64,000 nt of DNA from Bacteriovoracaceae bacterium (lineage in GTDB: Bacteria > Bdellovibrionota > Bacteriovoracia > Bacteriovoracales > Bacteriovoracaceae). Both the position numbers and the translations under genes were made by a program. The notes under the pieces were generated by a model. It was given only the letters and a program-made list of their open reading frames with translations. It searched no databases and was not told where the DNA came from. Shown here in pieces: positions 54,062 to 63,919 of this stretch. Within the stretch, counting starts at the first letter, position 1, and the number at the start of each line of letters is the position of its first letter. The DNA is taken from NCBI GenBank assembly GCA_049415445.1, contig JBMSGH010000014.1, positions 6,603 to 70,602 of the forward strand, written 5' to 3'.

Positions 54062-54775
54062 ATGCTGATGACAAAAGATAGAACTAAAGTATTTAATACA
54101 TTTAAATATAGATTTTATTTAGAAGGAAAGGATGACCCTCTCATTCATGAAGTTGTGATTTACGAGGATGGTCATAGTAAGGTAGATAACCCTGAAAACT
54201 TAGAAGCTTTTCATGGTTTTACAGATCTTGATAATAATAAATGTGAACATTGTCCTATAAGTAAAGATACGGTTGAACATTGTCCGGCCGCCATGAACTT
54301 GGCCTCAGTTATTGATACTTTTAAGGAAATAAAAACAAGTTCAGAAGTTGTTATTGAAGTAGAAACCAATCAGAGAACCTACTCTTATAAAGGTGTCTTA
54401 ACAAGAGGACTTCACTCTCTTGTGGGTTTAGCAATGGCATCAAGTGAATGCCCTCATATGAAGTTTCTTAGACCAATGGCCATGTTTCATCTTCCTTTTG
54501 CAGATGCAAATGAAACGATTATTCGGTCAATGTCATTTTGGTTATTAAAGAATTATCTTAAAGAGCCTGACAATGCTGTAGATTTTGATCCACTATTTAA
54601 AAAATATGGTGATGTTGAAAAAATCAATGCTGCCATGATGGAAAGAATTAGAACTTTCGAAACCGATGATACGGGAATGCATGCCATCGTCATTCTAGAT
54701 AGTTTCATTAGTATATTTGGCCTGAAATTTGAGGGCAATATGGATGAGCTTAGAAAAATTCTAGAAGATGAATAA
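54062..54775 (+). CDS. hypothetical cytoplasmic protein with duplicated EHCP motif
   Basis: CEHCPISKDTVEHCP plus a later SSECPH motif. No family recognised. Confidence 0.4.
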   Translation: MLMTKDRTKVFNTFKYRFYLEGKDDPLIHEVVIYEDGHSKVDNPENLEAFHGFTDLDNNKCEHCPISKDTVEHCPAAMNLASVIDTFKEIKTSSEVVIEVETNQRTYSYKGVLTRGLHSLVGLAMASSECPHMKFLRPMAMFHLPFADANETIIRSMSFWLLKNYLKEPDNAVDFDPLFKKYGDVEKINAAMMERIRTFETDDTGMHAIVILDSFISIFGLKFEGNMDELRKILEDE

Positions 54776-54836
54776 ATCAATTTCATCTGACCCAAAATTG
54801 CCTTAAAATATATCATACAAGTTTTTAGGAGTACTT

Positions 54837-56561
54837 ATGGCCAAGTATATAACTGATGTTAAAGATGTGTTTTTTAACCTTTTCGAATATCTAAAAATCC
54901 AAGAACATTCAGGTGAAATCGGAGAGGATGAGCTTAAAGATGTTATTCGAGAGTTTGATAAGTTTGTTGAAAATGAAATTTACCCTGCAAGAATACCTGG
55001 AGATATTGAAGGGGTTATAATGGAGGACAAACAAGTTAAGGTCACCCAAAGTTATCATAAGGCGCTAAAAGCTTATTACGAAAATGGATGGTTTGCTTTG
55101 GCCATGGAAGAAGGTGTTGGTGGTATGCCGGCGCCAATGTCTGTTTACTTTCTTGTCAACTCCTTAGGTACTGGCGCAAATACAGCTTTTATGATGTATC
55201 CAGGTCTTTCAAAAGCTGCCTTGAACCTTTTGCTTGCTAAAGGTACTCCAGAACAAAAAGAAATTTTAACTGGGCCGATGATGGAAGGGAGATGGGGTGG
55301 AACGATGTGCCTTACTGAGCCTGAGGCCGGAAGTGATGTTGGTAATTGTACAACGATGGCCAAGCCAATAGAAGATGGAAAGTACAATATCAATGGAGTA
55401 AAAATCTTTATTTCTGGTGGAGATAATGACCTTTATGAAAATATCATCCACTTAGTATTAGCAAGAACACCTGGTGCACCTGAAGGTGTTAAGGGTCTCT
55501 CTTTATTTATGGTTTCTAAATATAAACTAAACTCAGATGGCTCACTTGGTGATGCAAATGATGTCATATGTACAAAAATAGAAGAGAAGATGGGAATACA
55601 CGGCTCTGCAACCTGTGAGCTTAGCTTTGGTGAAAATAATAATTGTGAAGGAACCCTTGTAGGAAATGAGTTTGAAGGCATTCAAAATATGTTTTTAATG
55701 ATGAATGAGGCCAGATTAATATGTGGTATTCAAGGAGAGTCACAGGCCAATTTAGCTTATGAGCTTACAAAGCAATACGCTGAAGAAAGATCTCAATTTG
55801 GAAAAAACCTTTGTGGACATCCTGATACAAAAAGAATGCTTCTTAAAATGAGATCTATGTCCAGAGCGATGAGGGCCTTGTCATTATACACAGGAGATCT
55901 TTTTGATAAGGCCAAAAATGATCCAAAAGTTGAAGAAGAGATAGCTCTTTTAACTCCTGTTTGTAAGGCCTACTGTTCAGATCGCGGATTCGATGTAAGT
56001 GTAGATGCCGTTCAAGTTCATGGTGGATATGGTTACTGTACGGAATATGCCATTGAACAGTTTGTCAGAGATTCAAAAATAGCGACCATATATGAGGGGA
56101 CTAATGGTATTCAAGCAATTGATTTTGTAATGAGAAAAATTTTAAAAGATAATGGTGAGGCCTTCAAAAATTTAGCAACAAAAATTACCAAAACTTTATC
56201 CAATCCTTTAGCAGGCACTTGGTCTCACCAGGTAGGTCAAATTGCAAAAATTCTCCAAAGTGGTCAGGGCATTTTAGAAAAATTTGGAAAAAATGCTCAA
56301 AGTAAGGAGTTTGATAAAGTCCTTTTGTGTTCAACAGACTTTTTGCGTTTTTGTGGAAATGTTATTTGTGCATGGTTGCTTTTAGATCAGGCAATACAGG
56401 CCCATTCAAAAATAGATAATGCTGATGCAGAGAGTAAGCAATATTATCAATCTAAGGTTGATGATTTTGTTGTCTTTTGCCGCCATTACCTCAGTGAAAA
56501 TGATGGATTAGCAAGTTCTATTCTTGAAGGTGAAGGTCAAGAACTTGAAATGAAAATTTAA
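54837..56561 (+). CDS. long-form acyl-CoA dehydrogenase
   Basis: GGTMCLTEPEAGSDVG, the catalytic region YEGTNGIQA and a C-terminal extension typical of ~600-aa ACADs are present. Confidence 0.85.
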   Translation: MAKYITDVKDVFFNLFEYLKIQEHSGEIGEDELKDVIREFDKFVENEIYPARIPGDIEGVIMEDKQVKVTQSYHKALKAYYENGWFALAMEEGVGGMPAPMSVYFLVNSLGTGANTAFMMYPGLSKAALNLLLAKGTPEQKEILTGPMMEGRWGGTMCLTEPEAGSDVGNCTTMAKPIEDGKYNINGVKIFISGGDNDLYENIIHLVLARTPGAPEGVKGLSLFMVSKYKLNSDGSLGDANDVICTKIEEKMGIHGSATCELSFGENNNCEGTLVGNEFEGIQNMFLMMNEARLICGIQGESQANLAYELTKQYAEERSQFGKNLCGHPDTKRMLLKMRSMSRAMRALSLYTGDLFDKAKNDPKVEEEIALLTPVCKAYCSDRGFDVSVDAVQVHGGYGYCTEYAIEQFVRDSKIATIYEGTNGIQAIDFVMRKILKDNGEAFKNLATKITKTLSNPLAGTWSHQVGQIAKILQSGQGILEKFGKNAQSKEFDKVLLCSTDFLRFCGNVICAWLLLDQAIQAHSKIDNADAESKQYYQSKVDDFVVFCRHYLSENDGLASSILEGEGQELEMKI

Positions 56562-56599
56562 TCATATTCATAGCCCATTCATAGTCATATAATGATTCT

Positions 56600-57421
56600 A
56601 TGGAATTGGAGCAGGTTTTAGCCAAAATTAACGAATTTGATAACATAAAGCATGGAAATAGTGATCTGCACTCCGAGCTTATTTTTGTTATGGGTGATGA
56701 CCCTCATAAATTCGCACCAATGAAATGGTTAGAAAAAAAAATCCCACAAATTTCTGACAATGATCTTTTGTTAAGTAAAGGTTTTATTCTTGATGCTTAC
56801 GGAATGTATGATGAGAAAAACTTTAAAGAGACATTTGAAAAGCTTTTCCAAAGAAAGCTGAGTAAAGAACAGGCCCAAAAAATAATCATATATTCAATAC
56901 CAGATAATAAAGGTGTCTTTGATACAATAGAAAGTATTCATAATTCTTATGAGAAATTGAGAAATAAAAATATCATTCTTAATGGAAAGAACCTGCCTAC
57001 TCAAATCGGTGAATGGTATGCGAGATGTATTTTCGGCTTAATACAAAAAAAGTCGGCATCACAAAGAGGCTTTGATTTTAAGCAAGATGGCTATCAAGTA
57101 GAAGTCAAAGTACACTGTGGCGATACATCGTCACCTAAGGGTGTAAAAATAAAAAGATCTTTACTTCAACTAAGCAGATACTTGGTGCTGATCTATTTAA
57201 GTAACAACTTTATGATAAGAGAAGTTTGCTTTCTTGACAGTGATTTTGTCTTGAGAAAATTTTCAACAAAAGGACATACCATCTTTTTGAAGGATCAAGA
57301 CTTAAAAGATTATTTCTTTAGTAAATCATCCAAGCATGATGATAAGGTTAAAAACCCAACGGCCTTACTGAAGTTTTCTAAACCCACATTTGCCTTAAAA
57401 ATTGCAGATCGTTTTTCCTGA
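56600..57421 (+). CDS. hypothetical protein with PD-(D/E)xK-like nuclease motif (tentative)
   Basis: The C-terminal half reads IGEWYARCIFGL..RGFDFKQDGYQVEVKV, giving an E138 ... D159 ... E168-x-K170 arrangement. Confidence 0.35.
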   Translation: MELEQVLAKINEFDNIKHGNSDLHSELIFVMGDDPHKFAPMKWLEKKIPQISDNDLLLSKGFILDAYGMYDEKNFKETFEKLFQRKLSKEQAQKIIIYSIPDNKGVFDTIESIHNSYEKLRNKNIILNGKNLPTQIGEWYARCIFGLIQKKSASQRGFDFKQDGYQVEVKVHCGDTSSPKGVKIKRSLLQLSRYLVLIYLSNNFMIREVCFLDSDFVLRKFSTKGHTIFLKDQDLKDYFFSKSSKHDDKVKNPTALLKFSKPTFALKIADRFS

Positions 57422-57423
57422 AT

Positions 57424-58392
57424 TTAGAAAGGAGAGCGCTTTAACTCAATCATTGAGTTTTTGAAATTAATGGCCCTTTGAATAAGTTCCATATAGCTAT
57501 CGGCCATAGTAGGGTCTAAGTTTCCTAGGGTAAATCTTTTAACCCTCCATAAAGCGATAGAAAAAAGTCCTAGTATAATGGAGTGATTGAGAAATTCTCT
57601 TTCTTCCAACGGTAAAGGTCGAACGGATTCATAACCGATGAGAAAAGACTTGATAAGAGGCCGAATGATTCGACCTTTTTCTAAGCATGTTCCTGATATT
57701 GATATGCCGATGTCAAAAATAAGAGCTCCTAAGCCCGATTGCTCAAAATCAAGAATGGCCTTGAGTTTGTTATTATCAAAAAGAGTATTGTCATAATAAA
57801 GATCGCCATGGATTAACCCTGTTTGGAAATGAACACCAAGAAACTCTTTTAACTGGTCCTCAAAAATTCGGTTAAAAAAAGATTTGAAGTCTGTAGGACA
57901 TTCGTCAGAGTTGGAAAAATCAAGAATGTCTTGAGGCCCATAACCAACTTCACTTTGATCTCTTATTTCATCCACAAAGCCGTTAAGATCCAGAGAGTGA
58001 AGTTCGGCCAATCCACGTCCAATCTCTTTACAAGTAAAATCACTTGGCCCAGGAGGAATACCTTCGACAAAGGGGAATAGGACACCAACTTTATCCTCAT
58101 GCTCATAAATCATATTTCCATCTTTGGTTTCTAAGCAGCAAATGGAATAGGTAAAGTTTAGCTTTTTGAGTACCTGCAAAATGACTTGCTCTTTATGGAG
58201 TTGCTGCGGCCCTTTGTCATTAGACACTTTGAGGAGAAATTTTTGCTTTATTCCCTTATTTTTTACCTCAACTTGATAGTTGGAGTTAGAGATGCCTAAG
58301 CTCAGAGGAATAAAATCTAGAAGAGTTCCTAGATCGTAAAACCCAACAATTTGATTAATTTCTTCAAAATCAAGCTCGGTGTATGCCGCCAT
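57424..58392 (-). CDS. thrB: homoserine kinase type II (aminoglycoside-phosphotransferase fold)
   Basis: The N-terminus YDLGTLLDFIPLSLGISNSNYQV and the catalytic LIHGDLYYDNTLF..ILDFE motif match the ThrB-alt family pattern. Confidence 0.65.
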   Translation of the reverse strand: MAAYTELDFEEINQIVGFYDLGTLLDFIPLSLGISNSNYQVEVKNKGIKQKFLLKVSNDKGPQQLHKEQVILQVLKKLNFTYSICCLETKDGNMIYEHEDKVGVLFPFVEGIPPGPSDFTCKEIGRGLAELHSLDLNGFVDEIRDQSEVGYGPQDILDFSNSDECPTDFKSFFNRIFEDQLKEFLGVHFQTGLIHGDLYYDNTLFDNNKLKAILDFEQSGLGALIFDIGISISGTCLEKGRIIRPLIKSFLIGYESVRPLPLEEREFLNHSIILGLFSIALWRVKRFTLGNLDPTMADSYMELIQRAINFKNSMIELKRSPF

Positions 58393-58502
58393 ATTCCTTA
58401 TATTAACACTTTGTCTAATTGAGGCAACTGGTTATTATCTTGTCCCCCCCTACTGAGGGTGGTATAAGAATTCCATTATTTTTAATATGGGAGGAATTTA
58501 AT

Positions 58503-59795
58503 ATGGGTGATTATAAAGTAGCTGACATTGGTTTAGCAGACTGGGGACGTAAAGAAATCGAAATTGCAGAAAAAGAAATGCCAGGTCTTATGGCCATTAG
58601 AGAGGAATTCAAGTCCACTCAACCTTTAAAAGGTGCGAGAATAGCAGGTTGTATTCACATGACGATTCAAACAGCTGTTCTTATTGAAACTCTTGTAGAC
58701 CTCGGTGCTGATGTACGTTGGTCTTCATGTAATATATTTTCAACTCAAGACCATGCAGCAGCAGCAATTGCGGCCGCTGGATACCCTGTTTTCGCTTGGA
58801 AAGGTGAAACGGAAGAAGAGTTTAATTGGTGTATAGAGCAAACAATTAAATGGCCTGATGGAAAAGGTCCAAACATGATTCTTGATGATGGGGGAGACCT
58901 TACTTTAATGATGCATGAGGATTTTCCAGAGCTTCTTAATGAAGTGAGAGGTCTTTCTGAAGAGACTACTACAGGCGTTCATAGACTTGCTGAAATGGTT
59001 AAAAAAGAAACACTTAAAGTTCCTGCTATCAATATCAATGATGCTGTTACTAAATCTAAGTTTGATAACCTCTATGGGTGTAGAGAATCTCTTGTTGACG
59101 GTATCAAGCGTGCCACAGATGTTATGATTGCTGGTAAAGTTTGTGTTGTTGCTGGTTACGGAGACGTAGGTAAAGGAAGTGCAGGATCTTTTAAAGGTCT
59201 AGGTGGACGTGTTGTTGTCACTGAAATCGATCCTATTTGTGCCCTTCAAGCCGCAATGGAAGGCTATGAAGTTATGAAAATGGATGACGCTGCTAAAATT
59301 GGCGATATTTTCGTAACAACGACAGGTTGTGTTGATGTTATTACAATAGATCATATGAAAGAAATGAAAGATGGCTCAATTGTATGTAATATTGGTCACT
59401 TCGATTCTGAAATCGATACAGCAGGGCTAAAGCAAACAGCTACCTCAAATAGAAATATTAAGCCTCAGGTTGATGAATTTACATTACCTAACGGAAATAA
59501 AATCATTCTTCTTGCAGAAGGGAGACTTGTAAACTTAGGTTGTGCCACAGGACACCCTTCATTTGTTATGAGTAACTCCTTTTGTAACCAAGTGCTGGCG
59601 CAAATTGAATTATGGAATAACTTTAGTAACTATGAAAATAAACTCTATGTTTTACCAAAACATCTAGATGAAAAGGTTGCTAAGCTTCACCTTGAGAAAA
59701 TTGGCTGCTCACTCGATACTTTGACTTCGAAGCAAGCTGAATATCTTGGGCTCCCCGTTGAAGGGCCATATAAGCCAGAATACTACAGATACTGA
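58503..59795 (+). CDS. ahcY: adenosylhomocysteinase
   Basis: The N-terminus is [30 protein letters not shown], and the NAD motif is [15 protein letters not shown] lies 7 nt upstream of ATG 58503. The ORF-track extension upstream of this start is spurious. Confidence 0.9.
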   Translation: MGDYKVADIGLADWGRKEIEIAEKEMPGLMAIREEFKSTQPLKGARIAGCIHMTIQTAVLIETLVDLGADVRWSSCNIFSTQDHAAAAIAAAGYPVFAWKGETEEEFNWCIEQTIKWPDGKGPNMILDDGGDLTLMMHEDFPELLNEVRGLSEETTTGVHRLAEMVKKETLKVPAININDAVTKSKFDNLYGCRESLVDGIKRATDVMIAGKVCVVAGYGDVGKGSAGSFKGLGGRVVVTEIDPICALQAAMEGYEVMKMDDAAKIGDIFVTTTGCVDVITIDHMKEMKDGSIVCNIGHFDSEIDTAGLKQTATSNRNIKPQVDEFTLPNGNKIILLAEGRLVNLGCATGHPSFVMSNSFCNQVLAQIELWNNFSNYENKLYVLPKHLDEKVAKLHLEKIGCSLDTLTSKQAEYLGLPVEGPYKPEYYRY

Positions 59796-59802
59796 TTGAT
59801 AA

Positions 59803-59827
59803 AGGGGTCTTCTAGGCCCCTTTTTTT
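59803..59827 (+). terminator. rho-independent terminator after ahcY
   Basis: aggggtc/ggcccct forms a 7-bp stem (one G-U) with a 5-nt loop, followed by a run of seven T. Confidence 0.7.
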
Positions 59828-59920
59828 GTACCTTTGCCTATGACTTCTTCATAGGTCGTGGCCGTGAGCATTGAAAATTTAGGCGGGAATTGTTATTAAC
59901 TCTTTATCAAGTAAGGAGAA

Positions 59921-60361
59921 ATGATGAAGATAATTATTGGTAGCGACCATGCTGCCTTCGAGGCCAAAGAAATATTAAAAAAATTTTTACAGAAAAACTT
60001 TGAGGTTGAAGATGTGGGAACACACTCATCTGAAAGGGCCAATTATCCTAGCTTTGCGACTGAGCTTTGCCAAAAGGTGGTAAAGCAAGAATGTAAGGGA
60101 ATTCTTCTTTGTGGTTCAGGAATTGGAATGTCTATGGCCGCTAATAGATACAAGGGAATAAGAGCTGCGCTGTGTCGCACAGAGGAGGATGCCCAACTCT
60201 CTAGAGCACATAATAATAGTAATGTTCTTTGTCTTGGGGCCAGGATAAACTCTGATGAAGAGCTTGAAAAAATAACACAGGCTTGGCTAGAAGCAGACTT
60301 TGAAGGAGATAGACACTCGCAAAGAATTGCTATGTTTGATCAACTTGGAGAGGACCTCTAA
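59921..60361 (+). CDS. rpiB: ribose-5-phosphate isomerase B
   Basis: KIIIGSDHAAF and LCGSGIGMSMAANR motifs are present. A candidate promoter is TTGAAA (59871) - 17 nt - TATTAA (59894). Confidence 0.85.
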   Translation: MMKIIIGSDHAAFEAKEILKKFLQKNFEVEDVGTHSSERANYPSFATELCQKVVKQECKGILLCGSGIGMSMAANRYKGIRAALCRTEEDAQLSRAHNNSNVLCLGARINSDEELEKITQAWLEADFEGDRHSQRIAMFDQLGEDL

Positions 60362-60363
60362 AA

Positions 60364-61035
60364 ATGAAAACCTTTGAAAAATTCGTCACAGCTATTGTCG
60401 TCTTTTTTGTAGGCCTTGGTCTTTATTTATCTATTACCGATATGCCTTTTTATGAAGGTGTCTATGTAAAAGAAGATGGGCCTTTGGAGTGGTTAACTTT
60501 TGTTGCCCTCGTTCTTGGTTCGGTTCTTTGTTTTTACCGTGTTTATATCTTAAGACCTTTTAGATCTGGAGTTTTTCGTACCTGCTTATTTCTTCTTGGA
60601 CTAGTTTTTGTTTTTGGGGCCGGAGAAGAGATCTCATGGGGACAAAGAATTTTCGATATTAAAAGCCCTGAGTTTTTTGTCCAAAATAATTCACAACAAG
60701 AAACAAACCTTCATAATCTTATCCTTGGAGATATTAAGGTAAATCGTCTTTTCTTCGGACTTATACTTGGCATTATGGTGGGACTTTATCTTTTAGTTCT
60801 TCCTCTGCTTTATAAGAAGTTTGAAAAGGTAAGGGACTTTGTAAACGCTGTTGCATTTCCAGTACCTCGACCTATTCACATCCTTCTTTTTATTGTTGTG
60901 TTTGCTATGTCTGAAATGTCACCCTCAGGAAAAAAGGGCGAGCTGATAGAGTTTGGAGGCTGTTGGATGTTTCTGATAATGACTTTTAATCCATGGAATA
61001 GGGATGTCTTTTCAAGAATCTCCTTAAGACGCTAA
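60364..61035 (+). CDS. polytopic membrane protein, unknown function
   Basis: About 6 TM segments. A conserved-looking GAGEEISWGQRIF loop is present. Confidence 0.45.
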   Translation: MKTFEKFVTAIVVFFVGLGLYLSITDMPFYEGVYVKEDGPLEWLTFVALVLGSVLCFYRVYILRPFRSGVFRTCLFLLGLVFVFGAGEEISWGQRIFDIKSPEFFVQNNSQQETNLHNLILGDIKVNRLFFGLILGIMVGLYLLVLPLLYKKFEKVRDFVNAVAFPVPRPIHILLFIVVFAMSEMSPSGKKGELIEFGGCWMFLIMTFNPWNRDVFSRISLRR

Positions 61036-61766
61036 AGACTTCCCAAAATTCTTTTAAAGCGAAGGAAAAAGACAGCAAAAACTGCTTCAAAAATAATTCC
61101 TCCTCCCATTTTTGATTGACCATCTCTTCTTTCATAAAAAATGATAGGGACTTCTTTAATTTTTAGTCCCTTAGACCAAACTTTATAATTAAGCTCTAGT
61201 TGAAAAGAGTAACCATTTGAAAAGATCTTGTTTAAATTAAGGGCCTTTAATGCTTTTCTCGTAAAGCATTTAAAGCCTCCCGTGGTATCTTTAATAGGAA
61301 TACCAGTGATAAAGCGTGTATAAATAGATGCCCCGTAAGAAAGCAGAAGCCTTTTAAATGGCCAGTTAATAATTCGAATTCCATCGATATAACGAGAGCC
61401 AATAACAAGGTCGTTCGTTTGAGCGGCCTCTAAAAGAGACTGAACCTCTTTAGGGTCGTGAGAAAAATCACAGTCCATTTCGAATATAAACTCATAATCT
61501 TTTTCAAGGGCCCACTTAAACCCCGATACGTAAGCTGTTCCTAGTCCCAGTTTACCTTCTCTTTGCATTAAGTGAAGTCCTGCAAAACGGGATTGGAGTT
61601 CTTTAACTTTATTTGCCGTTCCATCAGGGGAGTTATCATCAATAATAAGAAGATTCATTTCTGGGTAGAGATCAAAAAGAGTATTGATCATCCTCTCAAT
61701 ATTATCGATTTCATTATAAGTAGGAATTATTATTAGAGATTTATTAAAAGGCAGTGTTTTATTCAT
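61032..61766 (-). CDS. GT2 polyprenol-phosphate mannose synthase (Dpm1-like)
   Basis: IIPTYNE, IIDDNSPDGT and EMDCDFSH motifs are present. Confidence 0.8.
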   Translation of the reverse strand: MNKTLPFNKSLIIIPTYNEIDNIERMINTLFDLYPEMNLLIIDDNSPDGTANKVKELQSRFAGLHLMQREGKLGLGTAYVSGFKWALEKDYEFIFEMDCDFSHDPKEVQSLLEAAQTNDLVIGSRYIDGIRIINWPFKRLLLSYGASIYTRFITGIPIKDTTGGFKCFTRKALKALNLNKIFSNGYSFQLELNYKVWSKGLKIKEVPIIFYERRDGQSKMGGGIIFEAVFAVFFLRFKRILGSL

Positions 61767-61771
61767 GTAAG

Positions 61772-62155
61772 TTATTTACAATTCCCACAGCGTTTTAGCA
61801 ATTCTTCCCTATATTGATTTACTTTGTCATAGAAATATTTAGATGCTTTTTGCCCCATATCAGACTGTATAAGCCAAGAAAATCGCCTGACAAGAGGAAA
61901 CTTTTCGATAAGGTGAGTTATAACTTCCTCCCCACGATAAACCTTACCTTCTGTATCAAGGTAGTGAACAGTTTTAGAACAATCATCAAAATTGATTTGC
62001 TCATACTTGTCATAAACTTCTTTGTCATGAATTGAAACCATTTGAATAGATTCGGTACCTGGTAATCTTTCAAGCGATTGCTTAAAACGTCTACATAACT
62101 CACACTGTCCATCAAAAAGTAACAGTGGTAATTGATACTTACTTTTTTCTTCCAT
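61772..62155 (-). CDS. DCC-family thiol-disulfide oxidoreductase (DUF393)
   Basis: The N-terminal LFDGQCELCRRF motif is present. Confidence 0.7.
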   Translation of the reverse strand: MEEKSKYQLPLLLFDGQCELCRRFKQSLERLPGTESIQMVSIHDKEVYDKYEQINFDDCSKTVHYLDTEGKVYRGEEVITHLIEKFPLVRRFSWLIQSDMGQKASKYFYDKVNQYREELLKRCGNCK

Positions 62156-62170
62156 GAAAAATCCTTTTTA

Positions 62171-63919
62171 TTAGAGCTCTTCGTCAGGTATCAAGATCAA
62201 TCCTCTTGATTGAACTTTGCGATATCTACTAGAAATAATTGTAAACACACTAACTGATCTTCTTTTGTGAATTTGAGCATTCGACTGGTTTGTTGCCATA
62301 TCGGCAAACCTCATGACACCAGATTTAATGGAGGGTTTATGAGCTTTTTTCTGTTTCATATTTTTCAGTAACTGCGCTCTTTTTCTTATTTTTTTAGCAG
62401 TAGTAGGATTGCCCATATAAAATGCTTTATCTAGGTTTTTATTTTTGGACCTTTGACTTCGCCCAGAAACTCTAATATTGCTTTTTAAAGAGTCAACGAC
62501 ATTTCTGACCATGCCTTGTCCCGCATTTCTTGAGCCAGATGGAGCTCGTGCTACGGCCAGGTGTGCGGCCATTTCCTTTGGTACACCAAAAGCTGCTTCC
62601 GCAATTTTGGCAGCTAGTTTTTGATCTTCTGTAAGGGAGACAGGCTTATACTCTAGTGCCATTTTTCTTAAAGCGGCCCTTGAGGCAGCAAAGGATCCAA
62701 TTTCATTGCCTGTAAGAGTTCCACCTCTTAATTCCCCTCGAGATAGGCTTATAAGGTCTTCAAGGGCAGCTTCAGTATAAGGGCTTTTTCCTATACCCTT
62801 GATTGTCGTAATAAACTGCTTGTCCATACAGCTATCAGTTTGAGCACACCCACAAAATGGATCCGGCATACCTTTACTATCAAGGCATGAGACACGAGTG
62901 GAGCCAGGGGCAATAGAGTTGGAATGATAAATATTTTTACAATACTTGTCGTAATTGACTGTATCGAGCGTAATCTTTCGAGGTGTGGCCATTTTAAAGT
63001 CATCACCTAGACCGATAAATCCTTTTATATTATCAAAAAAGCCTTCATTGGCCTTATTGTCATTAAATGCATCGATTTCCTTTTTTTCTTTTGCATCTTC
63101 TTCTTCCCAGCGTTCGGCTACCTTTTTAAGCTTTTTATAATTAGTACAAAAGCATTTTCTCCTCGTAATTGGGTTACAGTCCCCAGGTCCAGGTAACCTA
63201 TTAGCAATCTCCTTAATTTTTTTTGCCATCTTACTTTGTTGAATAGCATTTTTTGTATAAAAGGCCGTTAATAAAGAAAGAGCAGGAAGCTTTATTGCCA
63301 CTTCAGATAACCTGACTCCACCAAGGCCCACCATACCTGCATAACATGCACTAGCTGCTCCATAGGTCGATGCTTGTATCGTACTAGTTGTTGCCCTGAC
63401 TTCATGACTTCTGGCCGCTTTAAATAATTGTTGCTTCTGATCAGTATCTCCGATATTAGGGAGGTTTTTCATATTTTGTTGTTCTGATTGTTGTGTGAAT
63501 GTACCAAGTGTTTCCCCCACCATTGGTATTTTGGCACAATAATCTGGACGTTCAGATGATGCCATGGGGTTACTTTTCATAAGGTTTTTGTGGGCATCGG
63601 GGCTAAGCTTTAAAGGAGCGCCTGTCGTACCATTAATCATGGTATAGGCCTTACCAAGCATGACGACCATTTGGTTGGGAACACCTAAGAACTTATCCTT
63701 AGACTCCATTCCCTTACATTCTTTTTCAATACCCTCACATAGAGTGCCATAGATGGCCTGTTCGAGACCTTTATTAATATATTTATCTGCTTCTTCTCTT
63801 TCTTTATCTGTTAGGTTGAGATCTGCACTATTGCCAGAGTTATAAATCTCAAAGCCTTGAGTAAAAGCGACCCAGGGAATAAATAATAACGTTATAAGTA
63901 TGATTCTCATTTGTCCCAT
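62171..63919 (-). CDS. large secreted hypothetical protein with basic C-terminal tail
   Basis: Signal peptide MRIILITLLFIPWVAFTQG. It has many Cys, and the last ~110 aa are Lys/Arg-rich. No family recognised. Confidence 0.5.
   Translation of the reverse strand: MGQMRIILITLLFIPWVAFTQGFEIYNSGNSADLNLTDKEREEADKYINKGLEQAIYGTLCEGIEKECKGMESKDKFLGVPNQMVVMLGKAYTMINGTTGAPLKLSPDAHKNLMKSNPMASSERPDYCAKIPMVGETLGTFTQQSEQQNMKNLPNIGDTDQKQQLFKAARSHEVRATTSTIQASTYGAASACYAGMVGLGGVRLSEVAIKLPALSLLTAFYTKNAIQQSKMAKKIKEIANRLPGPGDCNPITRRKCFCTNYKKLKKVAERWEEEDAKEKKEIDAFNDNKANEGFFDNIKGFIGLGDDFKMATPRKITLDTVNYDKYCKNIYHSNSIAPGSTRVSCLDSKGMPDPFCGCAQTDSCMDKQFITTIKGIGKSPYTEAALEDLISLSRGELRGGTLTGNEIGSFAASRAALRKMALEYKPVSLTEDQKLAAKIAEAAFGVPKEMAAHLAVARAPSGSRNAGQGMVRNVVDSLKSNIRVSGRSQRSKNKNLDKAFYMGNPTTAKKIRKRAQLLKNMKQKKAHKPSIKSGVMRFADMATNQSNAQIHKRRSVSVFTIISSRYRKVQSRGLILIPDEEL

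Noticed and set aside
58393-58502. Possible SAH riboswitch, or a real N-terminal extension, upstream of ahcY
   Set aside because: The leader has only a weak CCCT/AGGG hairpin and none of the GC-rich conserved SAH-riboswitch blocks I know. The 28-aa extension in the ORF track precedes a strong GGGAGGA-ATG start that matches the conserved AhcY N-terminus.
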